Source: Planctomycetota bacterium (GTDB lineage: Bacteria; Planctomycetota; B15-G4; JADJEK01). From it: a stretch of DNA of 64,000 nucleotides. Under the pieces are notes generated by a model. It saw only the letters and a program-made list of their open reading frames with translations. It was not told the DNA's origin and did no database searches. How positions within the stretch are numbered: position 1 is the stretch's first letter; every line of letters begins with the position of its first letter. This document shows positions 8,760 to 18,700 of this stretch, piece after piece. The translations under genes and the position numbers were made by a program. The stretch covers positions 32,001-96,000 of the forward strand of contig JBGAIQ010000003.1 of the NCBI GenBank assembly GCA_044225365.1, in the 5' to 3' direction.

Positions 8760-10592
8760 ATGACCGCCGCCCCCGAACCTTCCTTTGCATCCGAACGAGC
8801 GGGACCGTCCGCTCTCGCGCTGCTGCGTGACCGCTTCGGCCACGGGACCTTCCGTCCCGGTCAGGCCGAGATCATCGATGCAGTGCTGCGCGGGCAGGAC
8901 GCTCTCGGCGTGATGCCGACGGGAAGCGGCAAGTCGATCGGGTACGCCCTGCCGTCCCTGATCCTCGCGGCGCCGGTGCTCGTGGTATCGCCACTCATTG
9001 CGCTGATGAAGGACCAGGTCGATCAGTTGAAGCGCAAAGGGATCGCGGCGGACTACGTCAACTCGACCGTCGCCCCGGCGATTCAACGCCAGCGGATCGA
9101 AGCCTTCAAGACCGGCGTCCTGAGGCTCCTGTTCGTCGCGCCGGAGCGTTTTCGGTCCGAGAGGTTCATGGCTGCACTCGCCGGCTTCCGTCCGGGATTG
9201 TTCGCCGTCGACGAGGCCCATTGCATCAGCGAATGGGGTCACGACTTCCGGCCCGACTATCTGCGATTGAAGGACGCCGCGAACCAGCTCGGTCGCCCAC
9301 CGATCCTTGCCCTGACGGCGACGGCGACTCGCGCCGTGCGCGAACATGTGATCGAGAACCTCGGACTCACGAAGCCGCTGGTCCTGGTCCGCGGCTTCGA
9401 ACGACCGAACCTCGATTTCGAAGTCGTGCGGTGCACCTCCAAGCAGGACAAGCTCGATCGACTCATCGCGATCGCCCGCGCGGGAAAGCGCGGCATCGTG
9501 TACGCGGCGACGCGAAAGAGCGTCGAGGAAGTCGCGAGCGAGCTGAAGCGCAGCGGCCTCGACGTCGCGCCGTACCACGCGGGCATGCAGGACACGTTCC
9601 GTCACGCCGTGTCGGAGCGCTTCTCGACCTCCAAGCTCTCGATCGTCGTCGCGACCAATGCGTTCGGCATGGGCATCGATCGGCCGGACCTGCGGTTCGT
9701 CGTGCACTACGAAGTCCCGGGAGCGATCGAGGCCTACACGCAGGAGGCCGGCCGCGCCGGCCGCGACGGCGAGCCCGCGCGCTGCGTACTGCTCTACTCC
9801 GCGCAGGACGCGCGTCTGCAGCGGTTCTTCATCGACACGGGATATCCTTCCGAGGCGACTCTCGAACAGACGCTCGTCCGCATCGAACGTGCGTGTCGGT
9901 CCGCACCGACCCTCGCGGAGGATCAGATCGCGACCTTCGTGCCGGCGGCGCAGCATCCGCGGGAGGTGGACTCGGCGCTACGCGTGCTCGCCGAGGCCGG
10001 GTGCATCGCGCGGCTCGTCGACGGTGAGACCCGCACGAAGCACGTGCGCTTCCTCGAACATCGCCCGATCGATCATATGGGATTGAAGCGGCGCGCCGAT
10101 CGCGAACACCAGCGCCTCGCCGACATGCTCGACTACGCCGAGCGCGGCGGTTGCCATCGTGCTCGTCTCGTCGACTACTTCGCAGGCACGACCGCCTCCG
10201 AACCTTGCGGCGCGTGCGCGGGCTGCCGCTCGAGCGAGAAACGACGCGAGACGACGGAAGAAGAAGCCGATGTCGCGCGCACCGTGCTGTCGCTCGTCTC
10301 CGACCTCAACGGGCGCTACGGGCGCAAGAAACTGATCGGCATCCTCACCGGCAGTCGATCGAAGGACCTCCTCGAAGCGCGCCTCGAACGCCTGCCGCAT
10401 TACGGAAGACTCCGGCATCTCCAGGTCGCATTCGTCGAGCTCTTGTTCCAGGAGTGCATCGATCAGAGCCTCCTCGAGATCGAGGGAGGCAAGTACCCGG
10501 TGATCACACTCGGCTATCGCGGTCGCGAGACACTTCGCGGCCGCGAGCCGATCCGCCTCGCCTGCTTCGATTCGATCCGCGTTCGGAAGTGA
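8760..10592 (+). CDS. recQ: RecQ-family ATP-dependent DNA helicase with RQC domain
   Basis: MPTGSGKS, DEAHCISEWGHDFRPDY, ATNAFGMGID, QEAGRAGRDG, Zn site C..CGACAGC and RQC winged helix; no HRDC. Confidence 0.93.
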   Translation: MTAAPEPSFASERAGPSALALLRDRFGHGTFRPGQAEIIDAVLRGQDALGVMPTGSGKSIGYALPSLILAAPVLVVSPLIALMKDQVDQLKRKGIAADYVNSTVAPAIQRQRIEAFKTGVLRLLFVAPERFRSERFMAALAGFRPGLFAVDEAHCISEWGHDFRPDYLRLKDAANQLGRPPILALTATATRAVREHVIENLGLTKPLVLVRGFERPNLDFEVVRCTSKQDKLDRLIAIARAGKRGIVYAATRKSVEEVASELKRSGLDVAPYHAGMQDTFRHAVSERFSTSKLSIVVATNAFGMGIDRPDLRFVVHYEVPGAIEAYTQEAGRAGRDGEPARCVLLYSAQDARLQRFFIDTGYPSEATLEQTLVRIERACRSAPTLAEDQIATFVPAAQHPREVDSALRVLAEAGCIARLVDGETRTKHVRFLEHRPIDHMGLKRRADREHQRLADMLDYAERGGCHRARLVDYFAGTTASEPCGACAGCRSSEKRRETTEEEADVARTVLSLVSDLNGRYGRKKLIGILTGSRSKDLLEARLERLPHYGRLRHLQVAFVELLFQECIDQSLLEIEGGKYPVITLGYRGRETLRGREPIRLACFDSIRVRK

Positions 10593-10602
10593 GGGAGCGC
10601 CG

Positions 10603-12336
10603 CTATCTCAGGGGCTCCCACTCGGTGCGCGAGAGATCGTAGTCGCGCGCCTTGAAGTCGAATTCGCTCGTCGCACGGATCCAGACCGCACCATTCCGAA
10701 CGGTCACGCTGTCGACGCGGACGGTGCGACGCCGCGCATTCGAGCCAACGACGATCCACTCGCCGACGGACACCGGCGAGTGAGCGGGCGTAGCGACGGG
10801 CCGCGGCGGTGCAGCGGCGCTCGCCACCGTCTCCTGCGCCCCATCGGTCGGGCGACAGGCATCGCACGTCCCGCAGTCGGGCAGGTCGGTCGATGGATCG
10901 AAGTAGCGTTCGAGCGAGGCACGCCGACACCGCGAATCGCGCACGTAGTTCACGACGTCGAGCAGCTTCTTCAAGTCGCGCTCGCGCTTGTCCGACGGGG
11001 CGAGTTCCTCGAACTCGTCGTCGGTCGGAGTTCGCACGACTCGAAGGTCCTTGCGCTGGAAACCGCCCTCCACGATTCCCTCGGCCTCGAAGAGGGCGAG
11101 AGCCGTGTCCACGCGGCCGTCCCCCCGGTTCTTCACGAGCAGCTCCGCAACGAGATCGTCACGATCGATCGAGTGCAGTCGATCGCCGAAACGGAGCAGG
11201 ACGTGGAACAGTTCGCGGAGGAATCGCGCGTTCGGATTCGCCCATTCGTGGAACTGCTTCTGGATGAGGAGATCCGTTTCGAGATAGAGCAGCTCGCAAC
11301 GCGAAGGCGCGCCGTCGCGCCCCGCCCGACCGATCTCCTGCGCGAGGGATTCGAGGCTGCCCGGCACTTGCGCGTGCACGATGAAGCGGATGTCCTGCTT
11401 GTCGATGCCCATGCCGAACGCGTTCGTCGCGACGACGACCGCACTCGTCGAAGTCAGGAAGGTCTGCTGCTCGCGACGCCGCACGGCGGCCGGCAGCTCT
11501 CCGTGGTACACGAGGATCTCGCGCCCGGACTTCGAGAGGTGCACCCGCACCCGCTCGACCTCGCGGATCAGCGCGCAGTAGACGATCCCGGGTCCGGGTT
11601 CGCTCGCAACGATGCGCGAGAGCACGTCGAGCTTCTCGTCGTCGTCAGCGACGATCGTCGTTCGCAACGTCAAGTTCTCGCGGGTGACGGGACGGCGGAA
11701 GATCTCCGGCTCTTTCAGCCCGAGCTTCGCCACGATGTCCGCCGCCGTCTGCGCGGTCGCCGTCGCGGTGAGCGCGATCGTCGGCGGGGATCCGAGGAGC
11801 GCGCGGATCCGTCCGACCTTGCCGTACTCGGGGCGAAAGTCGTGTCCCCACTCGCTGATGCAATGCGCTTCGTCGACCGCGAAAAGCACGATCTTGCGCT
11901 GGCCGATCGCGGCGACGAACTCCGGTTTCTTGAACCGTTCGGGCGTCACGTACACGAGTCGATACGCTCCCTCGCGAAGGCGACGCTGGCGTGACTCGCG
12001 TTCACTGCGCGAGAGCGATGAGTTGATGAACGTCGCGTCGATGCCGCGGGCGAGGAGGGCGTCGACCTGATCCTGCATCAAGGCGATGAGCGGCGAGAGG
12101 ACGATGGTGAGTGCGGCGTCCTCGCCCACGAGCGCCGGGAGTTGGAAACACAGCGACTTGCCGGAGCCCGTCGGCCAGACGACGAGCGCATCGCGTCCTG
12201 CGAGCAGTCCCGCGATGACTTCGGCCTGTTCGCCGCGAAGCGAGAAGCCCGGATAGTGGCGCGCGAGAGCGGCCCCGATCGATGCGTTCGCTGCGTTCGC
12301 CGTGTTCGCCGTTTTCATTGGATCCTTCGGCGTCAT
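10603..12336 (-). CDS. Second RecQ-family DNA helicase
   Basis: WPTGSGKS, DEAHCISEWGHDFRPEY, QEIGRAGRDG, CRR...CGTCDAC; a small beta-rich C-terminal domain replaces RQC/HRDC. Confidence 0.92.
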   Translation of the reverse strand: MTPKDPMKTANTANAANASIGAALARHYPGFSLRGEQAEVIAGLLAGRDALVVWPTGSGKSLCFQLPALVGEDAALTIVLSPLIALMQDQVDALLARGIDATFINSSLSRSERESRQRRLREGAYRLVYVTPERFKKPEFVAAIGQRKIVLFAVDEAHCISEWGHDFRPEYGKVGRIRALLGSPPTIALTATATAQTAADIVAKLGLKEPEIFRRPVTRENLTLRTTIVADDDEKLDVLSRIVASEPGPGIVYCALIREVERVRVHLSKSGREILVYHGELPAAVRRREQQTFLTSTSAVVVATNAFGMGIDKQDIRFIVHAQVPGSLESLAQEIGRAGRDGAPSRCELLYLETDLLIQKQFHEWANPNARFLRELFHVLLRFGDRLHSIDRDDLVAELLVKNRGDGRVDTALALFEAEGIVEGGFQRKDLRVVRTPTDDEFEELAPSDKRERDLKKLLDVVNYVRDSRCRRASLERYFDPSTDLPDCGTCDACRPTDGAQETVASAAAPPRPVATPAHSPVSVGEWIVVGSNARRRTVRVDSVTVRNGAVWIRATSEFDFKARDYDLSRTEWEPLR

Positions 12337-12381
12337 CGTTCGCGAGTTCGTCCGCGATCGCGTTGTCCCCGAACGAACTCG

Positions 12382-13635
12382 TCAGTTCGCGGTCGAGAGC
12401 GTCTTCACCGTCGCGGAATAGACGAAGTGCCCAGCCGCCCGATGCAATGTACCGCTGGCAGAGGATGGCGCGAAACGCCCGTTGGCATCGACCTTTCCCT
12501 TCACCTTGAGGCCGATCGCCGCCGTGCCCTGCTGGGCGGCGTTTGCGACGATCTCCACGCCCTCGACGCTGCGAGTCTTTGCGCCGTCGCCCTCGTTCAC
12601 TTCGAATCCCGTGAACACCAGCGCCGGACTGTTCCCGAGCGTCGCGAGTTGCTCCGCCGCACCGGTGCTCGTGAGCTGAATCATCACTCGTGGCACACCG
12701 GGAAAGATCGACAGAACGATCGTCTCTTTCGGCTTCGTCACGGGGCTCGCGAGGATGCTGAGTTGCGCGGTGAGCGACGCGTTGAAGCGAAAGGGGGCGA
12801 AGGCGAGACCGCTCGGCTGCGCGCCCGCGAGGATCGAGCTCGACTCGAGTTGGAAGTCCGGTCCGAAGCGGTACAGGCCACCGTTCGATCCGTCGCACGC
12901 CCACAGCTTGGAGTCGGGGCCGACGGCGATCGCGACGTCCGCCGAGAGGGAAGCGTCCGAGCCGAGCGTCTGCACCACGAGACTGTCGTCGAATCCCAGG
13001 ATGCGGCCCGTGGCGGTGGAGACGACGTAGAGGTAGCCATGAGGGCCGAAGCAGATCCGACCCGGGCTCGTGAGACCGGTGCCATTCCCGAAGGTTCGAA
13101 TGTCGTCGCCGCCCGGCGTGAATTCGAAGATGCGATCGAGGGTGAACGACGAGACGAACAGATCGCCCGTTGGACCGAACGCGAGACCGCGCGGATCATC
13201 GAGACCGCTACCAGCGCCGATCGTTCGCACCACGGACCCATCCGCCGGATCGAACACGTAGACGAGGTCCTGCGTCGACGACGCGACGAAGAGATCGCCG
13301 TCGGGGCCGAAGGCCATCGTCGAGATGCCGCCGATCCCGGAACCCTGACCGAACGACGAGACGACGGCGCCCGTGCCATCGATCTCGACGATGCGATCGG
13401 GACGTGCGACGTAGAGATGTCCGTTCGGGCCGAATGCGAGGTCGCGCGCCCCGGAGATCGCACCGCTCGCCGTGAAGGTCGCTGCGACCTGTCCGTCGGG
13501 CGCAACTTGCATGACCTTCCCACCGACGCGATCCGAGACGAACAATGCGTTCGGTGCGAACGATGCCGCCTGCGCCGGCAAGCAGAGCGACAAAGGTGCG
13601 AGAGCGGCGAGTGCCGCACGCCAGGAGCGCTTCAT
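12382..13635 (-). CDS. Secreted NHL/Vgb-like beta-propeller protein
   Basis: Signal peptide MKRSWRAALAALAPL; repeats LAFGPNGHLYV / MAFGPDGDLFV / LAFGPTGDLFV / ICFGPHGYLYV. Confidence 0.85.
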   Translation of the reverse strand: MKRSWRAALAALAPLSLCLPAQAASFAPNALFVSDRVGGKVMQVAPDGQVAATFTASGAISGARDLAFGPNGHLYVARPDRIVEIDGTGAVVSSFGQGSGIGGISTMAFGPDGDLFVASSTQDLVYVFDPADGSVVRTIGAGSGLDDPRGLAFGPTGDLFVSSFTLDRIFEFTPGGDDIRTFGNGTGLTSPGRICFGPHGYLYVVSTATGRILGFDDSLVVQTLGSDASLSADVAIAVGPDSKLWACDGSNGGLYRFGPDFQLESSSILAGAQPSGLAFAPFRFNASLTAQLSILASPVTKPKETIVLSIFPGVPRVMIQLTSTGAAEQLATLGNSPALVFTGFEVNEGDGAKTRSVEGVEIVANAAQQGTAAIGLKVKGKVDANGRFAPSSASGTLHRAAGHFVYSATVKTLSTAN

Positions 13636-13861
13636 CGTTCGGAAAACTCTCGGGTCGGGTATCGGAGTCGGGGTCGTTCGCGCGAGTCGGTCCGCGGGGT
13701 ACTTCGGCAGACCTCGGAGTCGATCTCCAGGAAAAGGCGGCCAAAGGGTCGGGTCCCGCATCACTCGGAGAATTGCGAACTCCCGATACGAGAAGACTAC
13801 CCGACGAACGGAGGAAGTCGCGGGATTTGATACGGATCCACGCCGCCTCGCCGTGGGTCAT

Positions 13862-14022
13862 CAGCCCGTTGAACAACTCGGCCGGCATTCGCCCGGCTGC
13901 GAAGCGCCAGGACATCGTCGGACATCGTCGCCAGATCTTTCCACTGATATGCCTCCTCTGTCCTCCTCGTCCTGACGCTTCTCGCTCGGTCTCGACGCTC
14001 GGCCGACTTGTTCAACGGGCTG
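13862..14022. mobile_element. Putative MITE, 161 bp with 23-bp terminal inverted repeats
   Basis: CAGCCCGTTGAACAACTCGGCCG (13862-13884) vs CGGCCGACTTGTTCAACGGGCTG (14000-14022), 22/23 complementary; inner IR 13901-13913/13969-13981; no transposase. Confidence 0.7.
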
Positions 14023-14029
14023 TTATGCT
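14021..14029 (+). promoter_or_regulatory. Extended -10 element (TGnTATGCT) 6 nt before the aat start
   Basis: TG-T-TATGCT at 14021-14029; GTG at 14036. Confidence 0.45.
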
Positions 14030-14035
14030 GCAACC

Positions 14036-14755
14036 GTGTTCGATCCCAGAATCCGAGTACCGACGATCCTCGATTACCTCCCGAGTGGGACCTGGCCCCA
14101 CCCGGACCGCGTCCCCCGCGACGGACTGGGCGCGCTGGGTGGCGACCTGACGCTCGAGCGGATCCTCTCCGCGTACGATCACGGGTTCTTCCCCTGCTAT
14201 GGCGCGGAGACGCCGCGACTGTGGTGGTGCCCCGATCCGCGGGCGGTCTTCCTGCCGAATTCGTTCCACACTTCGGCCCGCCTCGAGCGGAAGATCCGAG
14301 CGGCTTCGTTCCGCGTGACTTGGAACACTGCGTTCACCGCCGTGATGGTCGAGTGTGGCGAGCGACGCGACGATGGTCGCTGGATCGTGCCCGAGATGAT
14401 CGACGTCTACGCGAAGCTCCATGCCCTGCATCACGCCTACAGCATCGAGGTGTGGCGAGGAGAGCGACTCGTCGGCGGCGCCTACGGCGTACAGCGCGGC
14501 GCGGTGTTCGCGGCCGAGAGCATGTTCCACATCGTGACGGACGCGTCGAAGGTCGCGCTCGGGTACCTGCTCGAGAGTTTGTTCGCGGCGGGGATCCTGC
14601 TGGTCGACGTGCAATACCTGACGTCCCATCTCCGTTCGCTCGGTGCCACCACCCTCCGCCGTGCCGACTATGTTTCGCGGCTGACCACCCTCACGACGAC
14701 GCCCGTCGATCTTCGTTCGATCGCGCTCAAGGCGCCGATTCGTCGCGTCCGATGA
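14036..14755 (+). CDS. aat: Leucyl/phenylalanyl-tRNA--protein transferase
   Basis: GGDLTLERILSAYDHGFFP, WWCPDPRAV, SIEVW..LVGGAYGV, AESMFH...DASKVAL, DVQYLTSHLRSLGA. Confidence 0.95.
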   Translation: MFDPRIRVPTILDYLPSGTWPHPDRVPRDGLGALGGDLTLERILSAYDHGFFPCYGAETPRLWWCPDPRAVFLPNSFHTSARLERKIRAASFRVTWNTAFTAVMVECGERRDDGRWIVPEMIDVYAKLHALHHAYSIEVWRGERLVGGAYGVQRGAVFAAESMFHIVTDASKVALGYLLESLFAAGILLVDVQYLTSHLRSLGATTLRRADYVSRLTTLTTTPVDLRSIALKAPIRRVR

Positions 14756-14827
14756 GAATCGAGTGGTCGATCCGCTCCTTGCGCCGTGCAGGGAGCGCCG
14801 CCGCGTGATTCAGGACGCAGGAAGAAG

Positions 14828-15712
14828 ATGCTGGACCTCGATTCGGTCATCGCTGCGACGGGGGAACTGAAGCCGCTGCCGGCGACGACGCTGCGGCTCT
14901 CGCAGATGCTTGCACACCCGGACGTGGACCTTAGAGAAGTCGCCAAGGTCGTGATGCTCGATGCGCCCCTCACGGCGCGTGTGCTGCGCACCGCAAATTC
15001 CGCACTCTACGTCGGCAAGGTCTCGATCTCGTCGGTCGATCAGGCCGTCACTCGCCTCGGATCGGGGATCATCCTGTCGATCGCCTTCTCCGCTGCATTG
15101 AAGCGCGAACTCATGGGCGGCCTTCCTGGCTACGGAATGTCGGAAGGCGAACTCTGGCGTCGCTCCATCGCTTCGGCGATCGCGGCGGAATCGGTGAAGG
15201 CCGTCGCGACCAAGGTCACGGTGCCGCCCGTGGCGTACACTTCGGCCCTACTCCACGACATCGGAAGACTCGTCCTTGCACGCTTCCTCGACCAGCAGGC
15301 GAAGGAACTGCTCGCCGAAGCGCATACCGCCGAACCGAGCCGCGACGACGAGGCGATCGAACAACAGATCTTCGGCGTCCACCACGCCGAACTCGGGGCG
15401 ATCATCGCGCAGCGATGGAATCTCCCGAGCGTCATCGTGCACGCCATCGAGTACTTCCATTGCCCCGATCAGGGAGCGCAGCGACTGCGCGAGTACGAAG
15501 ACCCGAGCGACTCCGCCCAACTGGACGCCACGTGCGATGCGGTGCACATCGCCGATGCGGTCGCTCGCCTGTTGACCGCAGGCGAACCCGATGCTCTCGC
15601 GAAAGTCGAAGCCGGCGCGCTCGCGCGCCTCGGACTCGATGCCACCGCCCTGACCCGAATCGTCGATCGGACGCGTCAGCGCCTCGACGAGACGCTGACG
15701 CTCTTCTCCTGA
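14828..15712 (+). CDS. HDOD domain-containing protein
   Basis: LKPLP, DAPLTARVLRTANSALY, AVTRLG, LLHDIGRL, GVHHAELG..IAQRWNLP. Confidence 0.92.
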   Translation: MLDLDSVIAATGELKPLPATTLRLSQMLAHPDVDLREVAKVVMLDAPLTARVLRTANSALYVGKVSISSVDQAVTRLGSGIILSIAFSAALKRELMGGLPGYGMSEGELWRRSIASAIAAESVKAVATKVTVPPVAYTSALLHDIGRLVLARFLDQQAKELLAEAHTAEPSRDDEAIEQQIFGVHHAELGAIIAQRWNLPSVIVHAIEYFHCPDQGAQRLREYEDPSDSAQLDATCDAVHIADAVARLLTAGEPDALAKVEAGALARLGLDATALTRIVDRTRQRLDETLTLFS

Positions 15713-15724
15713 CGGCCTCGCGAA

Positions 15725-18700
15725 TCAGTCCCCGGAAGGTTCGACCGGGCTCGCCAGGGTGCCGGAGACATCGGCCGCGGGCGGCGCTGTTGCCGGCGCG
15801 GGCGGCGCCGAGGGAGCACCCGGCAACGTGATGGTCGCCGAACCTTTCGGCTGAGTCGCCTTCAAGTTGATCTTCGCCTTCGCCTTCGCCGAGTCGAAGC
15901 CGGACACCGAGAACTTCCAGGAGCCGAGGAGCGGCGTCGGGAGCGCGGTGATCTGGACGCCGTTCGGAAGCGGAGTGGCGAACGCCGAAGCGTCGAACGC
16001 CGTTCCGAGCGGCGTCGTCACACCGAGCACCAACGTGCTCACGAACTGTGCCGAGGCCTTCAACGCCTTCGCGCTGACGGTGCCGCCCGGGAGCATCTCG
16101 ATCGCCGCGTCGAGCGTTCCCGTCGAGCCGGCCTTGCCCGACTTCTTCACCTTCAGCGAAGTCTTCGGGATCTTTCGGTTCGTCAGCGCATCGAACGGCG
16201 CGAGCTTGCTCTTCGCGGGCTCGAGACGCAGCCGATAGTGGCCGGTCGCCTTGATCTTGATCGCCTTCTTCGTCGTCTTGGCGCTCGTGGTGACGACGAC
16301 CGACTTCACGACCTTGTCGAGCGAATCGATCACCGAGATCTGGAGCTTGCCCTTGCTGGGGCTCGAGACGTTGAACTTGATCACCTCGTTCTTCAGCGCG
16401 TCGAATTCGAGTTCATGGCTCGAATCGAATTGCGTGAAGCCGCCGAGGATCCGATCGCCCGGGATGAACGTCAGGTTGCCGACGTGCAGGTTCACGGGCA
16501 AATCGACGAAGTCCGTCGCGTCATTCAGATTCGCGACGTGGAGCGTCGTCGTGTAGTCACCGTCCACGAGTCCGGCAGTGACGAGCGAGAGCGCGATCGG
16601 CGCGCTCGCCTGATCGAACTTCAACGTCCCGGCCATCGGCGCGACGAGGAGCCATCCGACCTGCGGCGTCATCGTGATCGTGTAATCGAGATCCGCGAGC
16701 GGGTCGCCGCAATTCTTGATCGCGAAGCTCGCCGTGGGCGGAGTCTGGCCGATGACGAACGAGAGCGGGATCGAGGCCACGTCGTCCTGGATGCACAGGT
16801 CCGCCGTCGGCTCCTCCACCTTCAGATCGATCGCGAACTCCTCGAAGTCCGAAGCATCGTCGAGATTCGCGAACCGCAGCACGGTGTGGTACTGACCCGG
16901 AGCGAGGCCCGCGACGACGAACTGGACGCCCACGTCGCTCGTCGCGCCCGAAGCGAGCGCGCCGTTGCCGCCGACGATCGACAGCCACGAGGCGACGGGC
17001 AGCGTTTCGACCTTCCAATTCAAGTGCGAGCCGTTCGGTCCGGCGTTGCCGACGGTGAACGTCGCGCCCTGCGGCACGTCGAATCCGATGTCGTAGGTCG
17101 CCGACAGCGGCGCACCGAGGACCGTGAGGTCCGAGTCGGGCTCGGTGACGTTCAACGAGACCGGCACGTCGACGAAGTCCGCCGCGTCGTTGAGATTGAC
17201 GAACCGCACGGTCGTCGTGTGCAGGCCCTTCGCGGTCGAATCATCGACCACGAAATGCAGCGTCGCGACCGACGAGTTGTTGCCGGTGAGTTGTCCTGCG
17301 GTGGGATTCTCGGTGAGCCAGTCGACGGGCGGGTTCTCGACCGCCGTCCAACCGAGCTTGCTCTGCGGGTGGCCACAGTTCGAAACCGTGCGCGTCGCAT
17401 CCGCCGGAGGCGGACCGCCCTTGTCGAACGTGACTCCGATCGCGGCTGCGGAATCGAGGCAGAGATCCGGCTTGGCGTCGGAGACGGTGATCTGCACTGG
17501 GATCGTGAACGTGTTCGCGGCGTCGTCCGTGTTCGTGAACACGACGTTCGTGTTGAAGACTCCGACGGCGAGTCCGGACGGATTGAACGCGATGTCGATC
17601 GGTGAACTCAGATTGCCTGCGAGCGTGCCGCTCTTCGGACTGACGAGCAGCCACGGCGTCGCGGGCGACACTGCCGCGGTCCAATGCAGTTGCGAGGCGA
17701 GCGGCCCGCAGTTCTTGCAGTTGCGCGTCGCTCCCGCGGGCGCGACGTCGCCCTGCACCCAACTCGCCGCGATCGGCGCGATCGAATCGATGCACATCGT
17801 CGCGGGCGGCGTCTTCACGTCGATCGAGACGTTGATCTCCGCGAAGTCCGCAGGATCGGCGAGGTCGATGAAGCGAATCTTCGTCGTTTTCAGACCCGCG
17901 GTGAGGCCGGTCACGTCATAGAAGCCGAGGACCGAGGTCTGTTGATTGACGCCCTGGCCCTCGAGAGTGAAGGCGTTCGGCGTCACCGCGAGCCACGACA
18001 CCGAAGGCGTCGGGAGCACGGCAACGGGGAGATGCGACAACGGGTGGCCGACGTTCTTGACGACGACCTGGAACGGCAGCGGTGTCGGATCCCCGAGCGT
18101 GTAGGTCAGGTTGATGTCCGCCGCGCCGACGAGCGCGAGGTCGGGCTTCGGCACCGTGACGTTGAGCGTGACCTGCACGTTCATCGCGTCGGCCGCATTG
18201 CCGAGGTTGCTGAACTTGACGGTCGTCACGTACGAGCCCGCGAGCAGACCCGTCGGATTGATGGCGAGCTGGATCGTCGTCGATTGCGCACCGGGAAGCT
18301 GACCGCTCTTCGGCGTCGGTGCGAGCCACTGGACGGCCGGCAGGGCGTCGACCGAGTAGTTGAGGACGGAAGCCGCGGGTCCGAGGTTCTGCATTGTGAT
18401 GATGGGCGATGCCGGGTTGGGCCCGCCCGCCGCGTAGTCGATCGTGATCGGCGACGCGGGCGTGATGTTGAGATCGGCCGCGGGCTGGTTCACCTCGAGG
18501 CGTGCAGGCACGTCGACGAAGTCCTGCGCGTTTGCGACGTTTCCGAAGCGAACGATCGTCTCGTACACGCCGGACGGCAGTCCCTGCGGATGGAAGATGA
18601 ACTGGACCGGCTTCGATGCGCCGGACGCGAGCGAGCCCGTCGCATCCTTGATCTCGAGCCATGCCACCGGCGGCTGCGCGATCACCGCGAAGTCGAGCTT

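Noticed and set aside
13861-13944. 27-codon minus-strand ORF after a GGAGG (VERSGDDVRRCPG...)
   Set aside because: Lies entirely inside the palindromic MITE-like element; likely incidental
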